A DNA stretch of 64,000 nucleotides from an uncultured bacterium (GTDB lineage: Bacteria > Patescibacteriota > Minisyncoccia > Phycocordibacterales > GWA1-40-21): the NCBI GenBank assembly GCA_963804975.1, contig CAWDSG010000001.1:118-64117 (forward strand), read 5' to 3'. The position numbers were made by a program, and so were the translations under genes. Positions 18,495 through 27,853 of this stretch are shown in pieces; position 1 is the stretch's first letter; every line of letters starts with the position of its first letter. The notes under the pieces are model-generated. The model saw only the letters and a program-made list of their open reading frames with translations, was not told where the DNA came from and made no database searches.

Positions 18495-19379
18495 ATGCTT
18501 AAACATCTTGGAAAAGTTTTTGAGCTTCCACTGAAAAAAATCCGCCGGGATAAGAACCAGCCAAGAAAATATTTTGATCGAATCAAAATGGAGAATTTGA
18601 CCATGAGCATCAAAAAAATCGGACAAATAACTCCTATCCAAGTAAAAGTAATTAAAGGTGGCTGGCAAATCGTTACCGGGGAAAGAAGATTTCGTGCTTG
18701 CACTAAGCTAAGACAAAAAACAATAAAAGCATATATCGTCGAGGGAAATGAAGACGACTTTGATGATGCTCAGATCGTCGAAAATTTACTTCACGAGAAT
18801 CTTTCTACCCTTGAAACAGCTCGTATATATTTAAAAAGAAAAGAAAAAGGGCTTACTGAACAGGAAATTGCAGAAAGGTATGGAACATCACAATCAACTG
18901 TGCATCAATATATTTCACTGAATAAGCTTGATCCGAAAGTTCAACGCTTGATGGAGGAAGGAACGAACATTCCGGAAAAAAACAGGATAAAATTCAGCAC
19001 TGCTTTAACACTTGTTTCTTTCCCGCTGGATGTTCAAGTTAAGCTTGCCACACAAATAAGCGAAAATGGTATGACTCTCGCTGACGCAAGGAATCTGATC
19101 GTTCAAACGCTTCAGAAAAGAGGAGTTGTTCCGAATGTTGTCAGAAAGAAAAACCGAGGAAAAGAATACTCTTTCCTTTTTGGTTTTATTTCGCCAGTAC
19201 TTCAACGCCTTGAGATTCTTATCGGGTCAAAAGTCAGCTATATAACCGATACTTTAAGCATAGTTGATCCGCAAAAAAGAAATGGTCTCCTCAAAATGAT
19301 CGGGAAATGCAAGAAACATTTCGGTCAAGTAGAGAAGATGGTGGAAAAAATTCTGAGAGAGGTTGCAAAAAAGAAATAG
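18495..19379 (+). CDS. ParB/Spo0J-family protein with no adjacent parA
   Basis: NQPRK, IVTGERRFRA, EN motif, central HTH; TTGACA-N16-TAGAAT promoter. Confidence 0.88.
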   Translation: MLKHLGKVFELPLKKIRRDKNQPRKYFDRIKMENLTMSIKKIGQITPIQVKVIKGGWQIVTGERRFRACTKLRQKTIKAYIVEGNEDDFDDAQIVENLLHENLSTLETARIYLKRKEKGLTEQEIAERYGTSQSTVHQYISLNKLDPKVQRLMEEGTNIPEKNRIKFSTALTLVSFPLDVQVKLATQISENGMTLADARNLIVQTLQKRGVVPNVVRKKNRGKEYSFLFGFISPVLQRLEILIGSKVSYITDTLSIVDPQKRNGLLKMIGKCKKHFGQVEKMVEKILREVAKKK

Positions 19380-19439
19380 TACTTGCTTTATGTAAAAAGG
19401 CCGCGGTGTGTGACACATCGCGGCCTGTTTTTTATCCTC

Positions 19440-19826
19440 CTATTCAATTTTCACATTAGGCATAACCTTTTCAAAATGCTTTTGCAATTTTTCAACTTCT
19501 TCCCTCAATTCTTCATCTTGAGAAAGAAACTCTTCAAAAAGATCCGAATCCGAGTTCCCTGTCATTTTTCTCCTGATGCTTTTGGGAATATATGAGACGA
19601 TTACTCCAGAAGACTTGGTTACATCTTTAATCATAATATATTCGGCAACGCATTTTGCCCAATCAACAACTTGACTGGTTTTTTTGTTGTTTCTGATATC
19701 CTCCGGTTTAATTTCATAAGCAAAAGCAATAAAATCAATTACCGCAAGTAGAGGGCGATCAGCAAAAGATGCAGGTGGTTTCCAATCAACAAAAGCCGGA
19801 GAACACCAAATTTTGGCAGTTTCCAT
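19440..19826 (-). CDS. Hypothetical protein resembling DnaA domain IV
   Basis: AAGGAGG SD; pattern IAFAYEIKPEDI..KKTSQVV..AK.VA.YI and C-terminal QDEELREEVEKL. Confidence 0.6.
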   Translation of the reverse strand: METAKIWCSPAFVDWKPPASFADRPLLAVIDFIAFAYEIKPEDIRNNKKTSQVVDWAKCVAEYIMIKDVTKSSGVIVSYIPKSIRRKMTGNSDSDLFEEFLSQDEELREEVEKLQKHFEKVMPNVKIE

Positions 19827-19902
19827 GATTACCTCCTTGTGAACTTAAATTTCTAGTTTGATATTAGAATAAACTAAAAAAAATGTAAAGTTAAATACTT
19901 TT

Positions 19903-20547
19903 TTAAATTCCAAGTCCTGTAATCAAAGTAAACACCGAAGTAATAAGCGGCATTAGGATTCCGGGCAAAAAAGCGACAATCAATATTATTATCAGAATGC
20001 CATACCTTTCCGCAAACTGCGAAAAAATAAATCTGTTGCCGACGGGAAGAATGGAAAAAAGAATTTTTGAGCCGTCAAGCGGAGGAATGGGAATAAGATT
20101 GAAAATCGCCAAACTTACATTTACAAAAACCACAAAACTAAAAATCAAAACTAAGGGGCCTGCCTGGCCGGTAGGCAGGCTTGGAGATGCGCCGATTGAA
20201 ACCAGAATTCTTATGATTATTCCGAAAATCAAAGCTACGACAAGATTTGAAAGCGGACCGGCAAAAGCCACAAGCGGTTCCGCAAGTTTTCTATTCCTTA
20301 AATTATAAATATTGTAAGGCACCGGTTTCGCCCAACCGATCATAAAACCAACATTTGTTATATATAAAATAAAAGGCAAGATGATTGAACCGAACCAGTC
20401 AATATGCTTGAGCGGATTTAAAGTCAATCTGCCGGCATATTCTGCGGTTTTATCGCCAAAATAAAGAGCCATAAAACCGTGTGAGATTTCATGTATCATC
20501 ACCGAAAAAATAAGTATGATTAGCTGAAAAATAACATTTGTATTCAT
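19903..20547 (-). CDS. Site-2 protease (M50 family)
   Basis: HEISHG, GRLTLNPLKH, AGPLSN, FNLIPIPPLDG. Confidence 0.95.
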   Translation of the reverse strand: MNTNVIFQLIILIFSVMIHEISHGFMALYFGDKTAEYAGRLTLNPLKHIDWFGSIILPFILYITNVGFMIGWAKPVPYNIYNLRNRKLAEPLVAFAGPLSNLVVALIFGIIIRILVSIGASPSLPTGQAGPLVLIFSFVVFVNVSLAIFNLIPIPPLDGSKILFSILPVGNRFIFSQFAERYGILIIILIVAFLPGILMPLITSVFTLITGLGI

Positions 20548-20604
20548 ATATTGCTTTTTTATTGCCTTATGATAGCATACAGGGACTGAATTTTAAATTT
20601 TATT

Positions 20605-20844
20605 ATGAAAACTTGTCCAATATCAAAAAGAAAATCAATTGGCGGCGGCGGATATTCCAACAGAACCCGTGCTACTAAGTTTAACCCTACCGGCAAAGTA
20701 ACAAAAAATCTCAATCTTCAAAAGAAAAGAATTTACATTCCAGAGCTTAAAAAAACAATTATTTTAAACATCTCAACAAGAGCTCTTAAAACAATCCATA
20801 AAAACGGCGCTTTTGCCACATTGAAAAAAGCCGGAATTATTTAA
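20605..20844 (+). CDS. rpmB: 50S ribosomal protein bL28
   Basis: CPISKR N-terminus, NLQKKRIYIPEL, ISTRALKTI. Confidence 0.88.
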   Translation: MKTCPISKRKSIGGGGYSNRTRATKFNPTGKVTKNLNLQKKRIYIPELKKTIILNISTRALKTIHKNGAFATLKKAGII

Positions 20845-20922
20845 AAAATAAAATTATAAAAGCCGAGCCGCTTATGCGGCTCGGCTTTTATTTATTTCTA
20901 AATATATCGATTCTCAAACAAA

Positions 20923-21333
20923 TTATTTATTTGTTGTCGAAGGAGTTGAAGTTGCCGGATTCTGCATGATAACCGGGCCGACATTTACAATCACATTTCT
21001 GCTTGGAGAATAGACGATTGCTTTTGCCGCTTTCTGATAGACAAGCACGACATCGCCATTGATTGCGCCGGTATAAAACGCTTGCTGTTTGATAAGGGTT
21101 GAGGCATCATTGATTGTTGCGACAACAGGATTTTCTCCTTTAGGAAGAATGACAAGTTTGCCGACTTTTACTATAAGATCTTTTACTTGGGCTTGGCTCG
21201 TTTGGCTTACCACATCTTGCGCGTTTTTTGCAGTAAAATGATTCCATGCCCAAAGACCTCCGATACCAATAATGATTCCAATAATGAGTCCGATAAAAAC
21301 AGAACTTCCGCCTTTTTTTACTTCATTTTCCAT
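20923..21333 (-). CDS. Single-pass membrane protein, conserved CPR hypothetical
   Basis: N-terminal TM helix; VGKLVILP..E.P.VAT...F...A..GD.VLVY...KAIVYSP pattern. Confidence 0.75.
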   Translation of the reverse strand: MENEVKKGGSSVFIGLIIGIIIGIGGLWAWNHFTAKNAQDVVSQTSQAQVKDLIVKVGKLVILPKGENPVVATINDASTLIKQQAFYTGAINGDVVLVYQKAAKAIVYSPSRNVIVNVGPVIMQNPATSTPSTTNK

Positions 21334-21478
21334 TTGTTTGATTGCTCCGGCTTTAAAACGAAGCAAATAATTAAACTAATAATAACAAGCTTTAATGAGC
21401 TTTGTGGAATTTATTATACAGATAATTAAAAAATCAAGCAATATAAGCTGTGGATTATTTAATAAACCAGTTTTTTAT

Positions 21479-22330
21479 TTATATTTTATCTATATTTTGG
21501 CCATCAGATATAAAAACAATGTCTCCGCTTGATGTTTCAAGCACTGTGCTTTTTACGCCGGCAAGTAAATCGAGAGTTTCCTTACCCGGGTATCCGTATT
21601 TATTATTTTTATCAACCGCAATGACGGAAAATTGAGGGGAAACAGCGGAAAGAAACATATCGGAAAGATAATTTTTTGCGCCTGAATGCGAAACGAGAAA
21701 AACTGCGCTTTTTAGTTTGTCGGAAAAAATACTTGTGATGTAATTTTCAATATTTTCCGAAACAGTATCAGGCACGATTAAATAATTCTTCTTTCCATAA
21801 GTGATTTGCGCGACAATATAATTATTTTCATTTTTTTGATCATTAACATAAAGAACATGAAGATATGCACCGGCTCCGAGATCCACTTTGCTTCCTGATT
21901 GCACGAAATTTGTTTTTATTTTTTTTTCTGTGATTTCTTTTTTTATTTCTTTATATGCTTCCCCGCCGTTTTCATTTTCGCTGCCGATATAAGCGCCGAC
22001 TTTGTAATATTTCAAAACTTCCGGCATTCCGCCGATGGAGGCCTGGTCATTATCAATTGCAATGAGAGCGTCAATATTTCTGTCGTAAAACGGCATGACT
22101 CTGCCAAGCGCCCGCAGGATTGAAATATTGCTTCCGGCATTTATTAAAATTTGATTTCCGTTCGGCGTTCTTATAAATACAGCATTGCCGTCTCCAACAT
22201 CGAGAAAAACAACTTTAAAAAGATTGTTGTTTCCATTTCCCGCGATATAAAAAATAAATATAGCGATAAAAATAAATCCGATGATGATTCCTGCGCCGTA
22301 TTTCTTAAAATCCATGTTTTTTATTTTCAT
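21479..22330 (-). CDS. ComEC-associated beta-lactamase-like domain protein with degenerate metal ligands
   Basis: FLDVGDGNA, MPFYDRNID, NKYGYP; overlaps comEC; HxDxDH absent. Confidence 0.85.
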   Translation of the reverse strand: MKIKNMDFKKYGAGIIIGFIFIAIFIFYIAGNGNNNLFKVVFLDVGDGNAVFIRTPNGNQILINAGSNISILRALGRVMPFYDRNIDALIAIDNDQASIGGMPEVLKYYKVGAYIGSENENGGEAYKEIKKEITEKKIKTNFVQSGSKVDLGAGAYLHVLYVNDQKNENNYIVAQITYGKKNYLIVPDTVSENIENYITSIFSDKLKSAVFLVSHSGAKNYLSDMFLSAVSPQFSVIAVDKNNKYGYPGKETLDLLAGVKSTVLETSSGDIVFISDGQNIDKI

Positions 22331-23858
22331 TATTAAGATTTATTTTTCTTTCATGAAAAATCCAAATTGCGATAAGCGCATACGCGATAAACGTAAAGGT
22401 TGGCGAAAACCACGGAATAAAAACTGAGGAAAACGGCAAATTAGCAAAGAATTCAGCAACATGAATCATATAAAAAAGAAAAATGAACGTAATCCAGGCA
22501 AACGGTATGGATAATAATGCCCAAATGAAACCGAGCATTCCCGTGACAAATCCAAAAAACATCACTGCCGGCACGAATGCCAGTACGAGGATATTCGCGG
22601 GCAAAGCGAAAAACGAAAGCATCCCCATTTTGCAAAGTATGAGAGGCAGAACCAGAATCTGCGCGGAAATAGTCGATGAAACTATATCGCGCAAGCCGTA
22701 TTTTTCGGTAATCCACGAAAATTTATTCTTCAAAATCGGCGCAACATAAATGATCGCCACTGTCGCAACGAAGCTGAGCTCGAATGATATGTCAAAAACC
22801 AATATTTTCGGATTTACCAAAATCATCGCCAGTGCCGCAACAATAAGAGCTCTGCCTACCCGATAATTCCTTCTGGTCATCTGGGACAAAATGACAATGA
22901 GCGCCATGATGCCGGCGCGAATAGCCGTGGAAGAAGAGCCGGACATGATTACAAATAAAATAATTCCGATGATTCCGGTGGAAAGGCCGGCCATTTTCGG
23001 CAAAAAAGAAAGCGCCCGCATAATTGCTCCGGCGACAATGGTAATGTTGTATCCGGAAAGCGCGACGATATGCGACAATCCGGAAATGCGGAACGCATTG
23101 CTTGTTGCCTTGTCTATGGAACTTTTTGCGCCAAGCTCTATTCCTTCAAAAAGTGACGCTTCCGGTTCGGGAATGACGCGGCTGATATTTTCGATAAAGC
23201 CGTTTTTTATTTTATACAAGATTGTTTTTATAAAATTGCCGTGTCCGGAAGAAATAAGCGATACTTTTGCAAAATCAATGGTGTAAAAAATATTGTCTTT
23301 CGCAAGATATGAAACATAATCAAAATCTTTTGTGGCCGGAGAACTTGAGGAATCAATATTTGGCGATGAAGAGAAATTTTTGGGTTTTTCTAATTTGCCG
23401 TATATGCTCACTTTGTCACCGTATTTAAATTCCGGATAAAGGCCGGTGTTCACAAGCGCCTTGCCTGAAACAGGAATGCTTGAACCGGCGCTTATAAAAA
23501 TTTTTAGATCGACATCAAGTGCCGTTCCGGATTCTTTTTTCTGCGGTTCATCTGAAATAATTGCAACAAAAGTCGCCTCCTTGCCGACTGAATTTTCCAA
23601 AAGCACATCGGGAAGATTTGAATCCGCAATCCCGTAGCGCAAAGCGCCAAAAGCAAAAAACAGTAAAAATAAGAGCAGCAAAAATATTTTTCTTTTCTCC
23701 GTATGTTCGGAAACATAAAATTTCTGAAAGACAAAAAGGATGATTGATATTGAAATCAAGCATGCGGAAAAATAAAAATCCAGCTTGAAAAATGAGCAAA
23801 TAAAAATCGCCAGAACAAATCCGGCAATTGAAACAAAAAGAGCGGAATTATTTTTCAC
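22305..23858 (-). CDS. comEC: ComEC/Rec2 DNA uptake channel
   Basis: GLSHIVALSGYNI, RAGIMA, DISFELSF; probable GTG start at 23858. Confidence 0.93.
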   Translation of the reverse strand: MKNNSALFVSIAGFVLAIFICSFFKLDFYFSACLISISIILFVFQKFYVSEHTEKRKIFLLLLFLLFFAFGALRYGIADSNLPDVLLENSVGKEATFVAIISDEPQKKESGTALDVDLKIFISAGSSIPVSGKALVNTGLYPEFKYGDKVSIYGKLEKPKNFSSSPNIDSSSSPATKDFDYVSYLAKDNIFYTIDFAKVSLISSGHGNFIKTILYKIKNGFIENISRVIPEPEASLFEGIELGAKSSIDKATSNAFRISGLSHIVALSGYNITIVAGAIMRALSFLPKMAGLSTGIIGIILFVIMSGSSSTAIRAGIMALIVILSQMTRRNYRVGRALIVAALAMILVNPKILVFDISFELSFVATVAIIYVAPILKNKFSWITEKYGLRDIVSSTISAQILVLPLILCKMGMLSFFALPANILVLAFVPAVMFFGFVTGMLGFIWALLSIPFAWITFIFLFYMIHVAEFFANLPFSSVFIPWFSPTFTFIAYALIAIWIFHERKINLNNENKKHGF

Positions 23859-23925
23859 CAAGTCATTGTAGCATAAAAAAATTCCCTTCGCGCCAAAAAA
23901 TCGGCGCGAAGGGAAAAATGATCCG

Positions 23926-24453
23926 TCAGTTTGGAGAAAGAATTCTTTCATTCGAAATCTTTCCGATTCTCACGGCAATTTTGCATTGAGAGCCGCAGGA
24001 ATCTTCCCTGTACAGCTTTAAAAACAAAGTTCCTCCTTTGTCCCGCCCGATCACAAACATATGCGGGGTATTTTCCACCATGATTCCGTAGCATTCATTG
24101 ATGGACGGTTTGTGCTTCAGACAGAACTTAAGAATATCTCGATGAGAAGTAAAACCTTGGATTTGGGCGACTTTTTCCCTCAATAAATCAAGGGAAACAA
24201 ATCCTTTTAAACCAAGGTTTCGGGCGAAAAGCACACCCAGGGAAACGCTTTTCGCATCGCTTTTGGTATATTCACCATTGAGCATTTTCTCGGAGACCAG
24301 CGCGTCGATTTGCCAACCTTCAGCTTCAAGGGCTTCTATCAATTCTTTCGGACTTTTTTCATCATCATCCGAAAGCAGGTTGATATTCTTAAAGCATTTT
24401 CCTTTGACCTGAACGTTTGGCTTACCCCCATTACGAACTGCTGTCTTTGCCAT
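23926..24453 (-). CDS. Hypothetical protein
   Basis: 175-aa ORF with AAGGAAGG SD and TTGACA-N16-TATCAT promoter at ~24616-24643. Confidence 0.7.
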   Translation of the reverse strand: MAKTAVRNGGKPNVQVKGKCFKNINLLSDDDEKSPKELIEALEAEGWQIDALVSEKMLNGEYTKSDAKSVSLGVLFARNLGLKGFVSLDLLREKVAQIQGFTSHRDILKFCLKHKPSINECYGIMVENTPHMFVIGRDKGGTLFLKLYREDSCGSQCKIAVRIGKISNERILSPN

Positions 24454-24639
24454 AAAAACCTTCCTTATTTTTAAATTTTTAAGCTAACCTTTTTAAAGGT
24501 CGGCTTTCCACCGATCAAAAACACAATTACAGCAAAAAATTTCCAAATGAATCAGAAATTTTTTGCCGTAATCGTATAAAAAGGCGGATAATATAAAAAG
24601 AACAAACTGTCAGGAATGATATAACTTATATTTTATTTG

Positions 24640-25137
24640 TCAAATATTTTTTATTCCATAGTCAGCGATTTTTCCGCAAAAAAGCCTGGGGAATTTCCCA
24701 TAGGCAAATGAGGTTGCGATTTCATCGCATCGCTCGTTGCCGGCAATTCCTGCGTGGCCGGCGACATGATTCCATATTATATTTTTGCCTTTCGACGCTT
24801 CCATCAATTCTTCCCAAAGATCGCGGTTCAGCACCGGTTTTTTTGCGGAATTTTTCCAATTATTTTTCCGCCAGCCATAAATCCACTTTGTTATTCCGTT
24901 TATCAAATATGAGGAATCTGTGTTTAAAATTATTTCTCCGAAACTTTTCCCCACAAATTGCAAAGCTTTTATGGCGCCCGTGAGTTCCATTCTGTTATTT
25001 GTCGTATATTTTTTAGCACCGCCTATCTCCACAACACTTCCATCAGGCATTGAAACAATCGCTCCCCAGCCGCCGGGACCGGGATTGCCGCTTGATGAGC
25101 CGTCGGAAAAAATAATAATTTTGGAAATATTTTCCAT
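24640..25137 (-). CDS. rnhA: Ribonuclease HI
   Basis: SDGSSSGNPGPGGWG, TTNNRMEL, DSSY, GHAG..GNERCD. Confidence 0.97.
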   Translation of the reverse strand: MENISKIIIFSDGSSSGNPGPGGWGAIVSMPDGSVVEIGGAKKYTTNNRMELTGAIKALQFVGKSFGEIILNTDSSYLINGITKWIYGWRKNNWKNSAKKPVLNRDLWEELMEASKGKNIIWNHVAGHAGIAGNERCDEIATSFAYGKFPRLFCGKIADYGIKNI

Positions 25138-25149
25138 ATATGGTATTTA

Positions 25150-25262
25150 AAGCGAGCGAGACAATGCGATTTTGATGGCTACGGAGCGCGACGGCGCGAG
25201 TATCGAGCAAATTTCCAGCAGGAAATTATGCGTACCTCAAAATCGCATTGCCGAGCGAGCTT
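25150..25262 (+). repeat. Repeat family A, copy 3 (cupin-rnhA spacer)
   Basis: AAGCGAGCGAG...CCGAGCGAGCTT ends; stem CAATGCGATTTTGA/TCAAAATCGCATTG; GGAGCGCGACGGCGCGAG arm identical to copy 1. Confidence 0.85.
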
Positions 25263-25266
25263 TAAT

Positions 25267-25650
25267 TTATAAATGATCCGCCTTGTCTTTTTCCGCCTCG
25301 GCTTTCGTCCTGTGGACAACGCCGTCTTTGTGATGCGGCGGCATATAGAGAGTGTAGAGTTTAAGCGGCTCGGTTTTTGATGTGTTGTAAACGTTATGCC
25401 GAGAACCGGCAGGAACAACAAAAGCGTTGCCGTCGGAAATGATGAATTTTTCATCGCCAATCACTGCTTTTCCTTCCCCGCTTTCAACGCGAAAAAACTG
25501 GTCGCTGATCTCATGGACTTCAAATCCTATTTCTTCCTCCGGCAGAAGCGACATAAGAACAACTTGGGCATTTGTGGAAGTATAAAGAACCTTCCTGTAA
25601 TCCTTGTTTTTCAAGGTCTCATTTTCTATATTTATACAAAATGGTTTCAT
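25267..25650 (-). CDS. Cupin domain protein
   Basis: EEIGFEVH..DQFF.VESGEG; VPAGSRHNV. Confidence 0.92.
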   Translation of the reverse strand: MKPFCINIENETLKNKDYRKVLYTSTNAQVVLMSLLPEEEIGFEVHEISDQFFRVESGEGKAVIGDEKFIISDGNAFVVPAGSRHNVYNTSKTEPLKLYTLYMPPHHKDGVVHRTKAEAEKDKADHL

Positions 25651-25711
25651 AAATTTAATAAAATTAACTGATAAAAGCTACGGAATATATTATATCAAAT
25701 TATGATACAAT

Positions 25712-25924
25712 ATGCCTATGGAACAGGATATTTTGAAAAAACTCGCCGAACAGGAAGAAAAAATAGAAAAAATCTATATTTCCGTGGAAAAAACAAGGAA
25801 ATATTTTCTCTGGACAATGATTATCACAATTGTAGTAATCGTCGTGCCGATAATTGGATTGTTTTTCGCTATTCCGTCATTTTTGAACAATTATGTGGGA
25901 AATATTCAGAATTTAAGCCAATAA
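25712..25924 (+). CDS. Small single-pass membrane protein
   Basis: IYISVEKTRKYFLW followed by a hydrophobic helix. Confidence 0.75.
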   Translation: MPMEQDILKKLAEQEEKIEKIYISVEKTRKYFLWTMIITIVVIVVPIIGLFFAIPSFLNNYVGNIQNLSQ

Positions 25925-25943
25925 AAAAATAAATTTTAAAATA

Positions 25944-27005
25944 TTAATTAATAAGATTTTCTAATTCTATTGGAATATCGACTAAACCTTTGTTTTTTAG
26001 AATATGAGTAACACCGTATATAACTGAACCACTTAATAAACAAATTGTTTTTTCCATATCTGCAGACATTCCTTCAATACTATTGCCTTGGAAATTGATC
26101 GGAAATCCATTATTCACAAAAATAACGTTTTTATTTACCACATCTTTATGTATTTCTTTATCTTTTCTAAAATCTGCAACGGGAAATTCTCTATCGGCTG
26201 ATGAAACGCTTATAAGATATAACTGTTTATTTAGAGAAGAAATTTTTTCAATATCTTTTTTGAGCAATACCGGGAAACCTGTAGCCCCTATAATAACATC
26301 TGGTTTTATATTTAAAATATTTTTAATTAAATTATTATGACCGTATTTAACATCAAATCCTTGGATTTTAAAATCATTTTGCTCTAATATTTTTTGCATT
26401 GCTTCCCCTATCGGCCCAAGACCGACTACAAATATTGATGGATTTTTTATATTTTTAACTTGAAAATAATTCTTAATTTTTTCAAAACAATCACGAGCAA
26501 TAAACGGGCTTTCCTGAATCAATTTTGTCTCGGATCTTGCAACATTTACAACAGGAAAATTCATTTTTTTATTCTCAATTTTTCTGAAGCCTGACGATGT
26601 TTGTTCAACGGCAAACAAGACATCTCTTTTATTATCAGCAAAAGTCATTATAAGTTCTGCCCCATCATCCAAAATAACGATTTTTTTATCTTTAGGCACG
26701 AGATCGAGTATCATATTACAGTTGTTTTTATGTTCAATATCAAAAGCTTTGCCGGAAAATTCAGGCTGGAAAACTTTTATGCCTTTATCTTTTAGTTCTT
26801 TTAAAATACTGGTATTTGTTGAGTATATTTTTCCTAAAACAATTATTTTGTTCGGATTAAAGCCAAAATCCACCAAATATTCAAACATTTTTAATTGCGG
26901 TTCAAGTAAATGTTGGCAACAAACTAGATAATAATCGTTCACATCATGAGGAATATTTTTGAAATAACCAAATACTTTTTGTAATAATGGATAATTGTAG
27001 TCCAT
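25944..27005 (-). CDS. S-adenosylhomocysteine hydrolase-like NAD-binding protein
   Basis: QHLL, K.YS, DDGAEL, VEQTSSG, NVARS..K, GLGPIG, G.PINF. Confidence 0.7.
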   Translation of the reverse strand: MDYNYPLLQKVFGYFKNIPHDVNDYYLVCCQHLLEPQLKMFEYLVDFGFNPNKIIVLGKIYSTNTSILKELKDKGIKVFQPEFSGKAFDIEHKNNCNMILDLVPKDKKIVILDDGAELIMTFADNKRDVLFAVEQTSSGFRKIENKKMNFPVVNVARSETKLIQESPFIARDCFEKIKNYFQVKNIKNPSIFVVGLGPIGEAMQKILEQNDFKIQGFDVKYGHNNLIKNILNIKPDVIIGATGFPVLLKKDIEKISSLNKQLYLISVSSADREFPVADFRKDKEIHKDVVNKNVIFVNNGFPINFQGNSIEGMSADMEKTICLLSGSVIYGVTHILKNKGLVDIPIELENLIN

Positions 27006-27052
27006 ATTTGACAAGTATATCAGATACAAAACTTTTGTGATATTATGTCATT

Positions 27053-27799
27053 ATGGCATTAACAAAAAACCAGATAAAACTCATAAAATCCCTTCATGAA
27101 AAGAAAAATCGCAATAAAACGGGGCTTTTTTTGGTGGAAGGGGAAAAAAGCGTCGCGGAACTTCTGGTTTCAAATTTTGAAATTGACTTCCTGCTTGTAA
27201 CGGATGAGTTTTTCAAAAAACATTCCGATTTGATAAAAAAGAGATCTGCAAAATATGAGATTGCAAACCAGGAACAAATTGAAAAAATCGGAACATTGGA
27301 AACAAACGATTCCGCGCTCGCCATAGCTAGGCAGAAAAACAACACTTTCACCAAAATTGGAAGCGATGAAGTGATGATAGCTCTTGAAAAAATCCAAGAT
27401 CCGGGAAATCTCGGCACAATTATAAGAATTGCCGATTGGTATGGGATAAAAAATATTGTCGCATCAAAAAATACCGTTGATTTTTACAATCCGAAAGTTA
27501 TTGCCGCTTCAATGGGCTCATTCACAAGAGTAAATGTTTTTTACGAAGATCTGAAAGAATTCTTGTCAAAAATAAATACACCGATTTGGGGAGCGTTTTT
27601 GCACGGAGAAAATATCCATAAAGCAAGTTTCCCAAAAAGCGGAATTCTCCTTATGGGAAACGAATCAAACGGCATAAGCAAAGATTTGGAAAAATTAATT
27701 ACCAGAAAAATCACCATCCCTTCATTCGGCCACGCTGAATCGCTCAATGTCGCCATCGCAACAGCGGTGATATTGGATAATTGGAAAAATAAAATATAA
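27053..27799 (+). CDS. TrmH/SpoU-family RNA methyltransferase
   Basis: IQDPGNLGTIIR, GNESNGIS, ESLNVAIA. Confidence 0.95.
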   Translation: MALTKNQIKLIKSLHEKKNRNKTGLFLVEGEKSVAELLVSNFEIDFLLVTDEFFKKHSDLIKKRSAKYEIANQEQIEKIGTLETNDSALAIARQKNNTFTKIGSDEVMIALEKIQDPGNLGTIIRIADWYGIKNIVASKNTVDFYNPKVIAASMGSFTRVNVFYEDLKEFLSKINTPIWGAFLHGENIHKASFPKSGILLMGNESNGISKDLEKLITRKITIPSFGHAESLNVAIATAVILDNWKNKI

Positions 27800-27853
27800 A
27801 AACCCCGGTTTGCCGTAAAAACAAACTCGGGGTTTAAAAAATTTGGCAATGAA

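Noticed and set aside
3909-25262. Repeat families A and B as a CRISPR array
   Set aside because: The copies are dispersed single elements of 85-145 bp, not tandem repeat-spacer units, and there are no cas genes in the window.
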